A stretch of 64,000 nucleotides of DNA. Origin: the human T2T-CHM13v2.0 reference genome, Homo sapiens. The notes beneath the pieces were generated by a model, which was not told the origin of the DNA, did no database searches, and saw only the letters and a list, made by a program, of their open reading frames with translations. A program made the position numbers and the translations under genes. Below, one piece after another: positions 1 through 13,100 of the stretch; the first letter of the stretch is position 1; each line of letters opens with the position of its first letter. The stretch lies in the NCBI RefSeq assembly GCF_009914755.1, contig NC_060942.1; one strand, given 5' to 3'.

Positions 1-153
1 ATATCTTCCCATAACAACTAGACACAAGCATTCTCAGAAACTTGTTTGTGATGTGTGCCCTCTACTGACAGAGTTGAACCTTTCTTTTCATAGAGCAGTT
101 TTGAAACACTCTTTTATAGAATCCGCAAGAGGATATTTGGATAGCTTTGAGGA

Positions 154-170
154 TTTCGTGGGAAACGGGA
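154..170 (+). promoter_or_regulatory. CENP-B box in m1 (TTTCGTGGGAAACGGGA); representative, repeated in each HOR
   Basis: Matches the essential core NTTCGNNNNANNCGGGN, with one non-core change from the consensus YTTCGTTGGAARCGGGA. Confidence 0.92.
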
Positions 171-495
171 TTGTCTTCAGGTAAAATCTAGACAGAAGCA
201 TTCTCAGAAACTTCTTTGGGATGTTTGCATTCAAGTCACAGAGTAGAACATTCCCTTTGGTAGAGCAGGTTTGAAACACTCTTTTTGTAGTATCTGGAAG
301 TGGACATTTGGAGCGCTTTCAGGCCCATGTTGGAAAGGGAAATATCTTCCCGTAACAACTAGGCAGAAGCATTCTCAGAAACTTATTTGAGATGTGTGTA
401 CTCAACTAAGAGAATTGAACCACCGTTTTGAAGGAGCAGTTTTGAAACCCTCTTTTTCTGGAATCTGCAAGAGTATATTTGCCTAGCCTTGAGGA

Positions 496-512
496 TTTCG
501 TTGGAAACGGGA
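496..512 (+). promoter_or_regulatory. CENP-B box in m3 (TTTCGTTGGAAACGGGA); representative
   Basis: Perfect match to YTTCGTTGGAARCGGGA, 342 bp after the m1 box. Confidence 0.95.
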
Positions 513-837
513 TTGTCTTCAGATAAAATCTAGACAGAAGCATTCTCAGAAACTTCTTTGGGATGTTTGCATTCAAGTCACTGAGTAGAACATTCCCTTT
601 GGTAGAGCAGGTTTGAAACACTCTTTTTTTAGTATATGGAAGTGGACATTTGGAGCGCTTTCAGGCCTACGTTGGAAAAGGAAATATCTTCCCATAACAA
701 CTAGACAGAAGCATTCTCAGAAACTAGTTTCTGATGTGTGTCCTCAACTAACACAGTTGTACATTTCTTTAGACAGAACAGTTTTGAAACACTCTTTTTG
801 TGGAATCTGCAAGTGCATATTGGGCTAGATTTGAGGA

Positions 838-854
838 TTTCGTTGGAAACGGGA
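838..854 (+). promoter_or_regulatory. CENP-B box in m5 (TTTCGTTGGAAACGGGA); representative
   Basis: Perfect consensus match, 342 bp after the m3 box. Confidence 0.95.
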
Positions 855-1004
855 TTACATATAAAAAGCAGACAGCAGAATTCTCAGAAAGTTCTTTGTG
901 ATGATTGCATTCATGTCACAGAATTGAACATTCCCTTTCACAGAGCAGGTTTGAAACACTCTTTTTGTAGTGTGTGTAAGTGGACATTTGGAGCGCTTTC
1001 CGGC

Positions 1005-1021
1005 CTAAGGTGAAAAAGGAA
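1005..1021 (+). promoter_or_regulatory. pJ-alpha (A-box)-like motif of A-type monomer m6 (CTAAGGTGAAAAAGGAA); representative
   Basis: Occupies the CENP-B-box-equivalent position in alternate monomers and resembles CTAYGGTGRAAAAGGAA. Related variants occur in m2, m4 and m8. Confidence 0.7.
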
Positions 1022-1175
1022 ATATCTTCCCATAAAAACTAGACAGAAGCATTCTCAGAAACTTACTCGTGATGTGTGTCCTCAACTAAAGGAGTAGAAC
1101 CTTTCTATTCATAGAGAAGTTTTGAAACGCTCTTTTTGTGGAATCTCCAAGTGGATATTTGGCTAGTTTTGAGGA

Positions 1176-1192
1176 TTTCGTTGGAAGCGGGA
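1176..1192 (+). promoter_or_regulatory. CENP-B box in m7 (TTTCGTTGGAAGCGGGA); representative
   Basis: Perfect consensus match, 338 bp after the m5 box; overlaps the EcoRI site at 1191-1196. Confidence 0.95.
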
Positions 1193-1196
1193 ATTC
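1191..1196. other. EcoRI site (GAATTC), normally one per HOR, defining a ~1.36-kb restriction period
   Basis: GCGGGAATTCAT is seen in each complete HOR. Extra variant sites (CAGAATTCTCAG) occur near 878 and 3597. Confidence 0.9.
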
Positions 1197-4100
1197 ATAC
1201 AAATTGCAGACTGCAGCGTTCTGAGAAACATCTTTGTGATGTTTGTATTCAGGACACAGAGATGAACATTCCCTATCATAGAGCAGGTTGGAATCACTCC
1301 TTTTGTAGTATCTGGAAGTGGACATTTGGAGCGCTTTGAGGCCTATGTTGAAAAAGGAAATATCTTCCCATAACAACTAGACACAAGCATTCTCAGAAAC
1401 TTGTTTGTGATGTGTGCCCTCTACTGACAGAGTTGAACCTTTCTTTTCATAGAGCAGTTTTGAAACACTCTTTTTGTAGAATCCGCAAGAGGATATTTGC
1501 ATAGCTTTGAGGATTTCGTGGGAAACGGGATTGTCTTCAGGTAAAATCTAGAAAGAAGCATTCTCAGAAACTTCTTTGGGATGTTTGCATTCAAGTCACA
1601 GAGTAGAACATTCCCTTTGGTAGAGCAGGTTTGAAACACTCTTTTTGTAGTATCTGGAAGTGGACATTTGGAGCGCTTTCAGGCCCATGTTGGAAAGGGA
1701 AATATCTTCCCGTAACAACTAGGCAGAAGCATTCTCAGAAACTTATTTGAGATGTGTGTACTCAAGTAAGAGAACTGAACCACCGTTTTGAAGGAGCAGT
1801 TTTGAAACCCTCTTTTTCTGGAATCTGCAAGAGTATATTTGCCTAGCCTTGAGGATTTCGTTGGAAACGGGATTGTCTTCAGATAAAATCTAGACAGAAG
1901 CATTCTCAGAAACTTCTTTGGGATGTTTGCATTCAAGTCACAGAGTAGAACATTCCCTTTGGTAGAGCAGGTTTGAAACACTCTTTTTTTAGTATATGGA
2001 AGTGGACATTTGGAGCGCTTTCAGGCCTACGTTGGAAAAGGAAATATCTTCCCATAACAACTAGACAGAAGCATTCTCAGAAACTAGTTTCTGATGTGTG
2101 TCCTCAACTAACACAGTTGAACTTTTCTTTAGACAGAACAGTTTTGAAACACTCTTTTTGTGGAATCTGCAAGTGGATATTGGGCTAGATTTGAGTATTT
2201 CGTTGGAAACGGGATTACATATAAAAAGCAGACAGCAGCATTCTCAGAAAGTTCTTTGTGATGATTGCATTCAAGTCACAGAATTGAACATTCCCTTTCA
2301 CAGAGCAGGTTTGAAACACTCTTTTTGTAGTGTGTGTAAGTGGACATTTGGAGCGCTTTCCGGCCTAAGGTGAAAAAGGAAATATCTTCCCATAAAAACT
2401 AGACAGAAGCATTCTCAGAAACTTACTCGTGATGTGTGTCCTCAACTAAAGGAGTAGAACCTTTCTATTCATAGAGAAGTTTTGAAACGCTCTTTTTGTG
2501 GAATCTCCAAGTGGATATTTGGCTAGTTTTGAGGATTTCGTTGGAAGCGGGAATTCATACAAATTGCAGACTGCAGCGTTCTGAGAAACATCTTTGTGAT
2601 GTTTGTATTCAGGACACAGAGATGAACATTCCCTATCATAGAGCAGGTTGGAATCACTCCTTTTGTAGTATCTGGAAGTGGACATTTGGAGCGCTTTCAG
2701 GCCTATGTTGAAAAAGGAAATATCTTCCCATAACAACTAGACACAAGCATTCTCAGAAACTTGTTTGTGATGTGTGCCCTCTACTGACAGAGTTGAACCT
2801 TTCTTTTCATAGAGCAGTTTTGAAACACTCTTTTATAGAATCCGCAAGAGGATATTTGCATAGCTTTGAGGATTTCGTGGGAAACGGGATTGTCTTCAGG
2901 TAAAATCTAGACAGAAGCATTCTCAGAAACTTCTTTGGGATGTTTGCATTCAAGTCACAGAGTAGAACATTCCCTTTGGTAGAGCAGGTTTGAAACACTC
3001 TTTTTGTAGTATCTGGAAGTGGACATTTGGAGCGCTTTCAGGCCCATGTTGGAAAGGGAAATATCTTCCCGTAACAACTAGGCAGAAGCATTCTCAGAAA
3101 CTTATTTGAGATGTGTGTACTCAACTAAGAGAATTGAACCACCGTTTTGAAGGAGCAGTTTTGAAACCCTCTTTTTCTGGAATCTGCAAGAGTATATTTG
3201 CCTAGCCTTGAGGATTTCGTTGGAAACGGGATTGTCTTCAGATAAAATCTAGACAGAAGCATTCTCAGAAACTTCTTTGGGATGTTTGCATTCAAGTCAC
3301 AGAGTAGAACATTCCCTTTGGTAGAGCAGGTTTGAAACACTCTTTTTTTAGTATATGGAAGTGGACATTTGGAGCGCTTTCAGGCCTACGTTGGAAAAGG
3401 AAATATCTTCCCATAACAACTAGACAGAAGCATTCTCAGAAACTAGTTTCTGATGTGTGTCCTCAACTAACACAGTTGTACATTTCTTTAGACAGAACAG
3501 TTTTGAAACACTCTTTTTGTGGAATCTGCAAGTGGATATTGGGCTAGATTTGAGGATTTCGTTGGAAACGGGATTACATATAAAAAGCAGACAGCAGAAT
3601 TCTCAGAAAGTTCTTTGTGATGATTGCATTCAAGTCACAGAATTGAACATTCCCTTTCACAGAGCTGGTTTGAAACACTCTTTTTGTAGTGTGTGTAAGT
3701 GGACATTTGGAGCGCTTTCCGGCCTAAGGTGAAAAAGGAAATATCTTCCCATAAAAACTAGACAGAAGCATTCTCAGAAACTTACTCGTGATGTGTGTCC
3801 TCAACTAAAGGAGTAGAACCTTTCTATTCATAGAGAAGTTTTGAAACGCTCTTTTTGTGGAATCTCCAAGTGGATATTTGGCTAGTTTTGAGGATTTCGT
3901 TGGAAGCGGGAATTCATACAAATTGCAGACTGCAGCGTTCTGAGAAACATCTTTGTGATGTTTGTATTCAGGACACAGAGATGAACATTCCCTATCATAG
4001 AGCAGGTTGGAATCACTCCTTTTGTAGTATCTGGAAGTGGACATTTGGAGCGCTTTCAGGCCTATGTTGAAAAAGGAAATATCTTCCCATAACAACTAGA

Positions 4101-7100
4101 CACAAGCATTCTCAGAAACTTGTTTGTGATGTGTGCCCTCTACTGACAGAGTTGAACCTTTCTTTTCATAGAGCAGTTTTGAAACACTCTTTTTGTAGAA
4201 TCCGCAAGAGGATATTTGCATAGCTTTGAGGATTTCGTGGGAAACGGGATTGTCTTCAGGTAAAATCTAGAAAGAAGCATTCTCAGAAACTTCTTTGGGA
4301 TGTTTGCATTCAAGTCACAGAGTAGAACATTCCCTTTGGTAGAGCAGGTTTGAAACACTCTTTTTGTAGTATCTGGAAGTGGACATTTGGAGCGCTTTCA
4401 GGCCCATGTTGGAAAGGGAAATATCTTCCCGTAACAACTAGGCAGAAGCATTCTCAGAAACTTATTTGAGATGTGTGTACTCAAGTAAGAGAACTGAACC
4501 ACCGTTTTGAAGGAGCAGTTTTGAAACACTCTTTTTCTGGAATCTGCAAGAGTATATTTGCCTAGCCTTGAGGATTTCGTTGGAAACGGGATTGTCTTCA
4601 GATAAAATCTAGACAGAAGCATTCTCAGAAACTTCTTTGGGATGTTTGCATTCAAGTCACAGAGTAGAACATTCCCTTTGGTAGAGCAGGTTTGAAACAC
4701 TCTTTTTTTAGTATATGGAAGTGGACATTTGGAGCGCTTTCAGGCCTACGTTGGAAAAGGAAATATCTTCCCATAACAACTAGACAGAAGCATTCTCAGA
4801 ATCTAGTTTCTGATGTGTGTCCTCAACTAACACAGTTGAACTTTTCTTTAGACAGAACAGTTTTGAAACACTCTTTTTGTGGAATCTGCAAGTGGATATT
4901 GGGCTAGATTTGAGGATTTCGTTGGAAACGGGATTACATATAAAAAGCAGACAGCAGCATTCTCAGAAAGTTCTTTGTGATGATTGCATTCAAGTCACAG
5001 AATTGAACATTCCCTTTCACAGAGCTGGTTTGAAACACTCTTTTTGTAGTGTGTGTAAGTGGACATTTGGAGCGCTTTCCGGCCTAAGGTGAAAAAGGAA
5101 ATATCTTCCCATAAAAACTAGACAGAAGCATTCTCAGAAACTTACTCGTGATGTGTGTCCTCAACTAAAGGAGTAGAACCTTTCTATTCATAGAGAAGTT
5201 TTGAAACGCTCTTTTTGTGGAATCTCCAAGTGGATATTTGGCTAGTTTTGAGGATTTCGTTGGAAGCGGGAATTCATACAAATTGCAGACTGCAGCGTTC
5301 TGAGAAACATCTTTGTGATGTTTGTATTCAGGACACAGAGATGAACATTCCCTATCATAGAGCAGGTTGGAATCACTCCTTTTGTAGTATCTGGAAGTGG
5401 ACATTTGGAGCGCTTTCAGGCCTATGTTGAAAAAGGAAATATCTTCCCATAACAACTAGACACAAGCATTCTCAGAAACTTGTTTGTGATGTGTGCCCTC
5501 TACTGACAGAGTTGAACCTTTCTTTTCATAGAGCAGTTTTGAAACACTCTTTTTGTAGAATCCGCAAGAGGATATTTGCATAGCTTTGAGGATTTCGTGG
5601 GAAACGGGATTGTCTTCAGGTAAAATCTAGAAAGAAGCATTCTCAGAAACTTCTTTGGGATGTTTGCATTCAAGTCACAGAGTAGAACATTCCCTTTGGT
5701 AGAGCAGGTTTGAAACACTCTTTTTGTAGTATCTGGAAGTGGACATTTGGAGCGCTTTCAGGCCCATGTTGGAAAGGGAAATATCTTCCCGTAACAACTA
5801 GGCAGAAGCATTCTCAGAAACTTATTTGAGATGTGTGTACTCAAGTAAGAGAACTGAACCACCGTTTTGAAGGAGCAGTTTTGAAACCCTCTTTTTCTGG
5901 AATCTGCAAGAGTATATTTGCCTAGCCTTGAGGATTTCGTTGGAAACGGGATTGTCTTCAGATAAAATCTAGACAGAAGCATTCTCAGAAACTTCTTTGG
6001 GATGTTTGCATTCAAGTCACAGAGTAGAACATTCCCTTTGGTAGAGCAGGTTTGAAACACTCTTTTTTTAGTATATGGAAGTGGACATTTGGAGCGCTTT
6101 CAGGCCTACGTTGGAAAAGGAAATATCTTCCCATAACAACTAGACAGAAGCATTCTCAGAAACTAGTTTCTGATGTGTGTCCTCAACTAACACAGTTGAA
6201 CTTTTCTTTAGACAGAACAGTTTTGAAACACTCTTTTTGTGGAATCTGCAAGTGGATATTGGGCTAGATTTGAGGATTTCGTTGGAAACGGGATTACATA
6301 TAAAAAGCAGACAGCAGCATTCTCAGAAAGTTCTTTGTGATGATTGCATTCAAGTCACAGAATTGAACATTCCCTTTCACAGAGCAGGTTTGAAACACTC
6401 TTTTTGTAGTGTGTGTAAGTGGACATTTGGAGCGCTTTCCGGCCTAAGGTGAAAAAGGAAATATCTTCCCATAAAAACTAGACAGAAGCATTCTCAGAAA
6501 CTTACTCGTGATGTGTGTCCTCAACTAAAGGAGTAGAACCTTTCTATTCATAGAGAAGTTTTGAAACGCTCTTTTTGTGGAATCTCCAAGTGGATATTTG
6601 GCTAGTTTTGAGGATTTCGTTGGAAGCGGGAATTCATACAAATTGCAGACTGCAGCGTTCTGAGAAACATCTTTGTGATGTTTGTATTCAGGACACAGAG
6701 ATGAACATTCCCTATCATAGAGCAGGTTGGAATCACTCCTTTTGTAGTATCTGGAAGTGGACATTTGGAGCGCTTTCAGGCCTATGTTGAAAAAGGAAAT
6801 ATCTTCCCATAACAACTAGACACAAGCATTCTCAGAAACTTGTTTGTGATGTGTGCCCTCTACTGACAGAGTTGAACCTTTCTTTTCATAGAGCAGTTTT
6901 GAAACACTCTTTTATAGAATCCGCAAGAGGATATTTGCATAGCTTTGAGGATTTCGTGGGAAACGGGATTGTCTTCAGGTAAAATCTAGACAGAAGCATT
7001 CTCAGAAACTTCTTTGGGATGTTTGCATTCAAGTCACAGAGTAGAACATTCCCTTTGGTAGAGCAGGTTTGAAACACTCTTTTTGTAGTATCTGGAAGTG

Positions 7101-10100
7101 GACATTTGGAGCGCTTTCAGGCCCATGTTGGAAAGGGAAATATCTTCCCGTAACAACTAGGCAGAAGCATTCTCAGAAACTTATTTGAGATGTGTGTACT
7201 CAAGTAAGAGAACTGAACCACCGTTTTGAAGGAGCAGTTTGGAAACCCTCTTTTTCTGGAATCTGCAAGAGTATATTTGCCTAGCCTTGAGGATTTCGTT
7301 GGAAACGGGATTGTCTTCAGATAAAATCTAGACAGAAGCATTCTCAGAAACTTCTTTGGGATGTTTGCATTCAAGTCACAGAGTAGAACATTCCCTTTGG
7401 TAGAGCAGGTTTGAAACACTCTTTTTTTAGTATATGGAAGTGGACATTTGGAGCGCTTTCAGGCCTACGTTGGAAAAGGAAATATCTTCCCATAACAACT
7501 AGACAGAAGCATTCTCAGAAACTAGTTTCTGATGTGTGTCCTCAACTAACACAGTTGTACATTTCTTTAGACAGAACAGTTTTGAAACACTCTTTTTGTG
7601 GAATCTGCAAGTGGATATTGGGCTAGATTTGAGGATTTCGTTGGAAACGGGATTACATATAAAAAGCAGACAGCAGCATTCTCAGAAAGTTCTTTGTGAT
7701 GATTGCATTCAAGTCACAGAATTGAACATTCCCTTTCATAGAGCAGGTTTGAAACACTCTTTTTGTAGTGTGTGTAAGTGGACATTTGGAGCGCTTTCCG
7801 GCCTAAGGTGAAAAAGGAAATATCTTCCCATAAAAACTAGACAGAAGCATTCTCAGAAACTTACTCGTGATGTGTGTCCTCAACTAAAGGAGTAGAACCT
7901 TTCTATTCATAGAGAAGTTTTGAAACGCTCTTTTTGTGGAATCTCCAAGTGGATATTTGGCTAGTTTTGAGGATTTCGTTGGAAGCGGGAATTCATACAA
8001 ATTGCAGACTGCAGCGTTCTGAGAAACATCTTTGAAATGTTTGTATTCAAGACACAGAGATGAACATTCCCTATCATAGAGCATGTTGGAATCACTCCTT
8101 TTGTAGTATCTGGAAGTGGACATTTGGAGCGCTTTCAGGCCTATGTTGAAAAAGGAAATATCTTCCCATAACAACTAGACACAAGCATTCTCAGAAACTT
8201 GTTTGTGATGTGTGCCCTCTACTGACAGAGTTGAACCTTTCTTTTCATAGAGCAGTTTTGAAACACTCTTTTATAGAATCCGCAAGAGGATATTTGCATA
8301 GCTTTGAGGATTTCGTGGGAAACGGGATTGTCTTCAGGTAAAATCTAGACAGAAGCATTCTCAGAAACTTCTTTGGGATGTTTGCATTCAAGTCACAGAG
8401 TAGAACATTCCCTTTGGTAGAGCAGGTTTGAAACACTCTTTTTGTAGTATCTGGAAGTGGACATTTGGAGCGCTTTCAGACCCATGTTGGAAAGGGAAAT
8501 ATCTTCCCGTAACAACTAGGCAGAAGCATTCTCAGAAACTTATTTGAGATGTGTGTACTCAACTAAGAGAATTGAACCACCGTTTTGAAGGAGCAGTTTT
8601 GAAACCCTCTTTTTCTGGAATCTGCAAGAGTATATTTGCCTAGCCTTGAGGATTTCGTTGGAAACGGGATTGTCTTCAGATAAAATCTAGACAGAAGCAT
8701 TCTCAGAAACTTCTTTGGGATGTTTGCATTCAAGTCACAGAGTAGAACATTCCCTTTGGTAGAGCAGGTTTGAAACACTCTTTTTTTAGTATATGGAAGT
8801 GGACATTTGGAGCGCTTTCAGGCCTACGTTGGAAAAGGAAATATCTTCCCATAACAACTAGACAGAAGCATTCTCAGAAACTAGTTTCTGATGTGTGTCC
8901 TCAACTAACACAGTTGTACATTTCTTTAGACAGAACAGTTTTGAAACACTCTTTTTGTGGAATCTGCAAGTGGATATTGGGCTAGATTTGAGGATTTCGT
9001 TGGAAACGGGATTACATATAAAAAGCAGACAGCAGCATTCTCAGAAAGTTCTTTGTGATGATTGCATTCAAGTCACAGAATTGAACATTCCCTTTCACAG
9101 AGCAGGTTTGAAACACTCTTTTTGTAGTGTGTGTAAGTGGACATTTGGAGCGCTTTCCGGCCTAAGGTGAAAAAGGAAATATCTTCCCATAAAAACTAGA
9201 CAGAAGCATTCTCAGAAACTTACTCGTGATGTGTGTCCTCAACTAAAGGAGTAGAACCTTTCTATTCATAGAGAAGTTTTGAAACGCTCTTTTTGTGGAA
9301 TCTCCAAGTGGATATTTGGCTAGTCTTGAGGATTTCGTTGGAAGCGGGAATTCATACAAATTGCAGACTGCAGCGTTCTGAGAAACATCTTTGTGATGTT
9401 TGTATTCAGGACACAGAGATGAACATTCCCTATCATAGAGCAGGTTGGAATCACTCCTTTTGTAGTATCTGGAAGTGGACATTTGGAGCGCTTTCAGGCC
9501 TATGTTGAAAAAGGAAATATCTTCCCATAACAACTAGACACAAGCATTCTCAGAAACTTGTTTGTGATGTGTGCCCTCTACTGACAGAGTTGAACCTTTC
9601 TTTTCATAGAGCAGTTTTGAAACACTCTTTTTGTAGAATCCGCAAGAGGATATTTGCATAGCTTTGAGGATTTCGTGGGAAACGGGATTGTCTTCAGGTA
9701 AAATCTAGAAAGAAGCATTCTCAGAAACTTCTTTGGGATGTTTGCATTCAAGTCACAGACTAGAACATTCCCTTTGGTAGAGCAGGTTTGAAACACTCTT
9801 TTTGTAGTATCTGGAAGTGGACATTTGGAGCGCTTTCAGGCCCATGTTGGAAAGGGAAATATCTTCCCGTAACAACTAGGCAGAAGCATTCTCAGAAACT
9901 TATTTGAGATGTGTGTACTCAAGTAAGAGAACTGAACCACCGTTTTGAAGGAGCAGTTTTGAAACACTCTTTTTCTGGAATCTGCAAGAGTATATTTGCC
10001 TAGCCTTGAGGATTTCGTTGGAAACGGGATTGTCTTCAGATAAAATCTAGACAGAAGCATTCTCAGAAACTTCTTTGGGATGTTTGCATTCAAGTCACAG

Positions 10101-13100
10101 AGTAGAACATTCCCTTTGGTAGAGCAGGTTTGAAACACTCTTTTTTTAGTATATGGAAGTGGACATTTGGAGCGCTTTCAGGCCTACGTTGGAAAAGGAA
10201 ATATCTTCCCATAACAACTAGACAGAAGCATTCTCAGAATCTAGTTTCTGATGTGTGTCCTCAACTAACACAGTTGAACTTTTCTTTAGACAGAACAGTT
10301 TTGAAACACTCTTTTTGTGGAATCTGCAAGTGGATATTGGGCTAGATTTGAGGATTTCGTTGGAAACGGGATTACATATAAAAAGCAGACAGCAGCATTC
10401 TCAGAAAGTTCTTTGTGATGATTGCATTCAAGTCACAGAATTGAACATTCCCTTTCACAGAGCTGGTTTGAAACACTCTTTTTGTAGTGTGTGTAAGTGG
10501 ACATTTGGAGCGCTTTCCGGCCTAAGGTGAAAAAGGAAATATCTTCCCATAAAAACTAGACAGAAGCATTCTCAGAAACTTACTCGTGATGTGTGTCCTC
10601 AACTAAAGGAGTAGAACCTTTCTATTCATAGAGAAGTTTTGAAACGCTCTTTTTGTGGAATCTCCAAGTGGATATTTGGCTAGTTTTGAGGATTTCGTTG
10701 GAAGCGGGAATTCATACAAATTGCAGACTGCAGCGTTCTGAGAAACATCTTTGTGATGTTTGTATTCAGGACACAGAGATGAACATTCCCTATCATAGAG
10801 CAGGTTGGAATCACTCCTTTTGTAGTATCTGGAAGTGGACATTTGGAGCGCTTTCAGGCCTATGTTGAAAAAGGAAATATCTTCCCATAACAACTAGACA
10901 CAAGCATTCTCAGAAACTTGTTTGTGATGTGTGCCCTCTACTGACAGAGTTGAACCTTTCTTTTCATAGAGCAGTTTTGAAACACTCTTTTTGTAGAATC
11001 CGCAAGAGGATATTTGCATAGCTTTGAGGATTTCGTGGGAAACGGGATTGTCTTCAGGTAAAATCTAGAAAGAAGCATTCTCAGAAACTTCTTTGGGATG
11101 TTTGCATTCAAGTCACAGAGTAGAACATTCCCTTTGGTAGAGCAGGTTTGAAACACTCTTTTTGTAGTATCTGGAAGTGGACATTTGGAGCGCTTTCAGG
11201 CCCATGTTGGAAAGGGAAATATCTTCCCGTAACAACTAGGCAGAAGCATTCTCAGAAACTTATTTGAGATGTGTGTACTCAAGTAAGAGAACTGAACCAC
11301 CGTTTTGAAGGAGCAGTTTTGAAACACTCTTTTTCTGGAATCTGCAAGAGTATATTTGCCTAGCCTTGAGGATTTCGTTGGAAACGGGATTGTCTTCAGA
11401 TAAAATCTAGACAGAAGCATTCTCAGAAACTTCTTTGGGATGTTTGCATTCAAGTCACAGAGTAGAACATTCCCTTTGGTAGAGCAGGTTTGAAACACTC
11501 TTTTTTTAGTATATGGAAGTGGACATTTGGAGCGCTTTCAGGCCTACGTTGGAAAAGGAAATATCTTCCCATAACAACTAGACAGAAGCATTCTCAGAAA
11601 CTAGTTTCTGATGTGTGTCCTCAACTAACACAGTTGAACTTTTCTTTAGACAGAACAGTTTTGAAACACTCTTTTTGTGGAATCTGCAAGTGGATATTGG
11701 GCTAGATTTGAGGATTTCGTTGGAAACGGGATTACATATAAAAAGCAGACAGCAGCATTCTCAGAAAGTTCTTTGTGATGATTGCATTCAAGTCACAGAA
11801 TTGAACATTCCCTTTCACAGAGCAGGTTTGAAACACTCTTTTTGTAGTGTGTGTAAGTGGACATTTGGAGCGCTTTCCGGCCTAAGGTGAAAAAGGACAT
11901 ATCTTCCCATAATAACTAGACAGAAGCATTCTCAGAAACTTACTCGTGATGTGTGTCCTCAACTAAAGGAGTAGAACCTTTCTATTCATAGAGAAGTTTT
12001 GAAACGCTCTTTTTGTGGAATCTCCAAGTGGATATTTGGCTAGTTTTGAGGATTTCGTTGGAAGCGGGAATTCATACAAATTGCAGACTGCAGCGTTCTG
12101 AGAAACATCTTTGTGATGTTTGTATTCAGGACACAGAGATGAACATTCCCTATCATAGAGCAGGTTGGAATCACTCCTTTTGTAGTATCTGGAAGTGGAC
12201 ATTTGGAGCGCTTTCAGGCCTATGTTGAAAAAGGAAATATCTTCCCATAACAACTAGACACAAGCATTCTCAGAAACTTGTTTGTGATGTGTGCCCTCTA
12301 CTGACAGAGTTGAACCTTTCTTTTCATAGAGCAGTTTTGAAACACTCTTTTATAGAATCCGCAAGAGGATATTTGCATAGCTTTGAGGATTTCGTGGGAA
12401 ACGGGATTGTCTTCAGGTAAAATCTAGACAGAAGCATTCTCAGAAACTTCTTTGGGATGTTTGCATTCAAGTCACAGAGTAGAACATTCCCTTTGGTAGA
12501 GCAGGTTTGAAACACTCTTTTTGTAGTATCTGGAAGTGGACATTTGGAGCGCTTTCAGGCCCATGTTGGAAAGGGAAATATCTTCCCGTAACAACTAGGC
12601 AGAAGCATTCTCAGAAACTTATTTGAGATGTGTGTACTCAAGTAAGAGAACTGAACCACCGTTTTGAAGGAGCAGTTTGGAAACCCTCTTTTTCTGGAAT
12701 CTGCAAGAGTATATTTGCCTAGCCTTGAGGATTTCGTTGGAAACGGGATTGTCTTCAGATAAAATCTAGACAGAAGCATTCTCAGAAACTTCTTTGGGAT
12801 GTTTGCATTCAAGTCACAGAGTAGAACATTCCCTTTGGTAGAGCAGGTTTGAAACACTCTTTTTTTAGTATATGGAAGTGGACATTTGGAGCGCTTTCAG
12901 GCCTACGTTGGAAAAGGAAATATCTTCCCATAACAACTAGACAGAAGCATTCTCAGAAACTAGTTTCTGATGTGTGTCCTCAACTAACACAGTTGTACAT
13001 TTCTTTAGACAGAACAGTTTTGAAACACTCTTTTTGTGGAATCTGCAAGTGGATATTGGGCTAGATTTGAGGATTTCGTTGGAAACGGGATTACATATAA

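Larger units (their letters stand above)
29..1387 (+). repeat. First complete 8-mer HOR unit (1359 bp), used here as reference; monomers m1-m8
   Basis: Monomer starts (CATTCTCAG or variant) at 29, 199, 370, 541, 712, 879, 1050 and 1217, with the next unit at 1388. Lengths are 170, 171, 171, 171, 167, 171, 167 and 171 bp. m1, m3, m5 and m7 carry CENP-B boxes; m2, m4, m6 and m8 are A-type. Confidence 0.95.
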
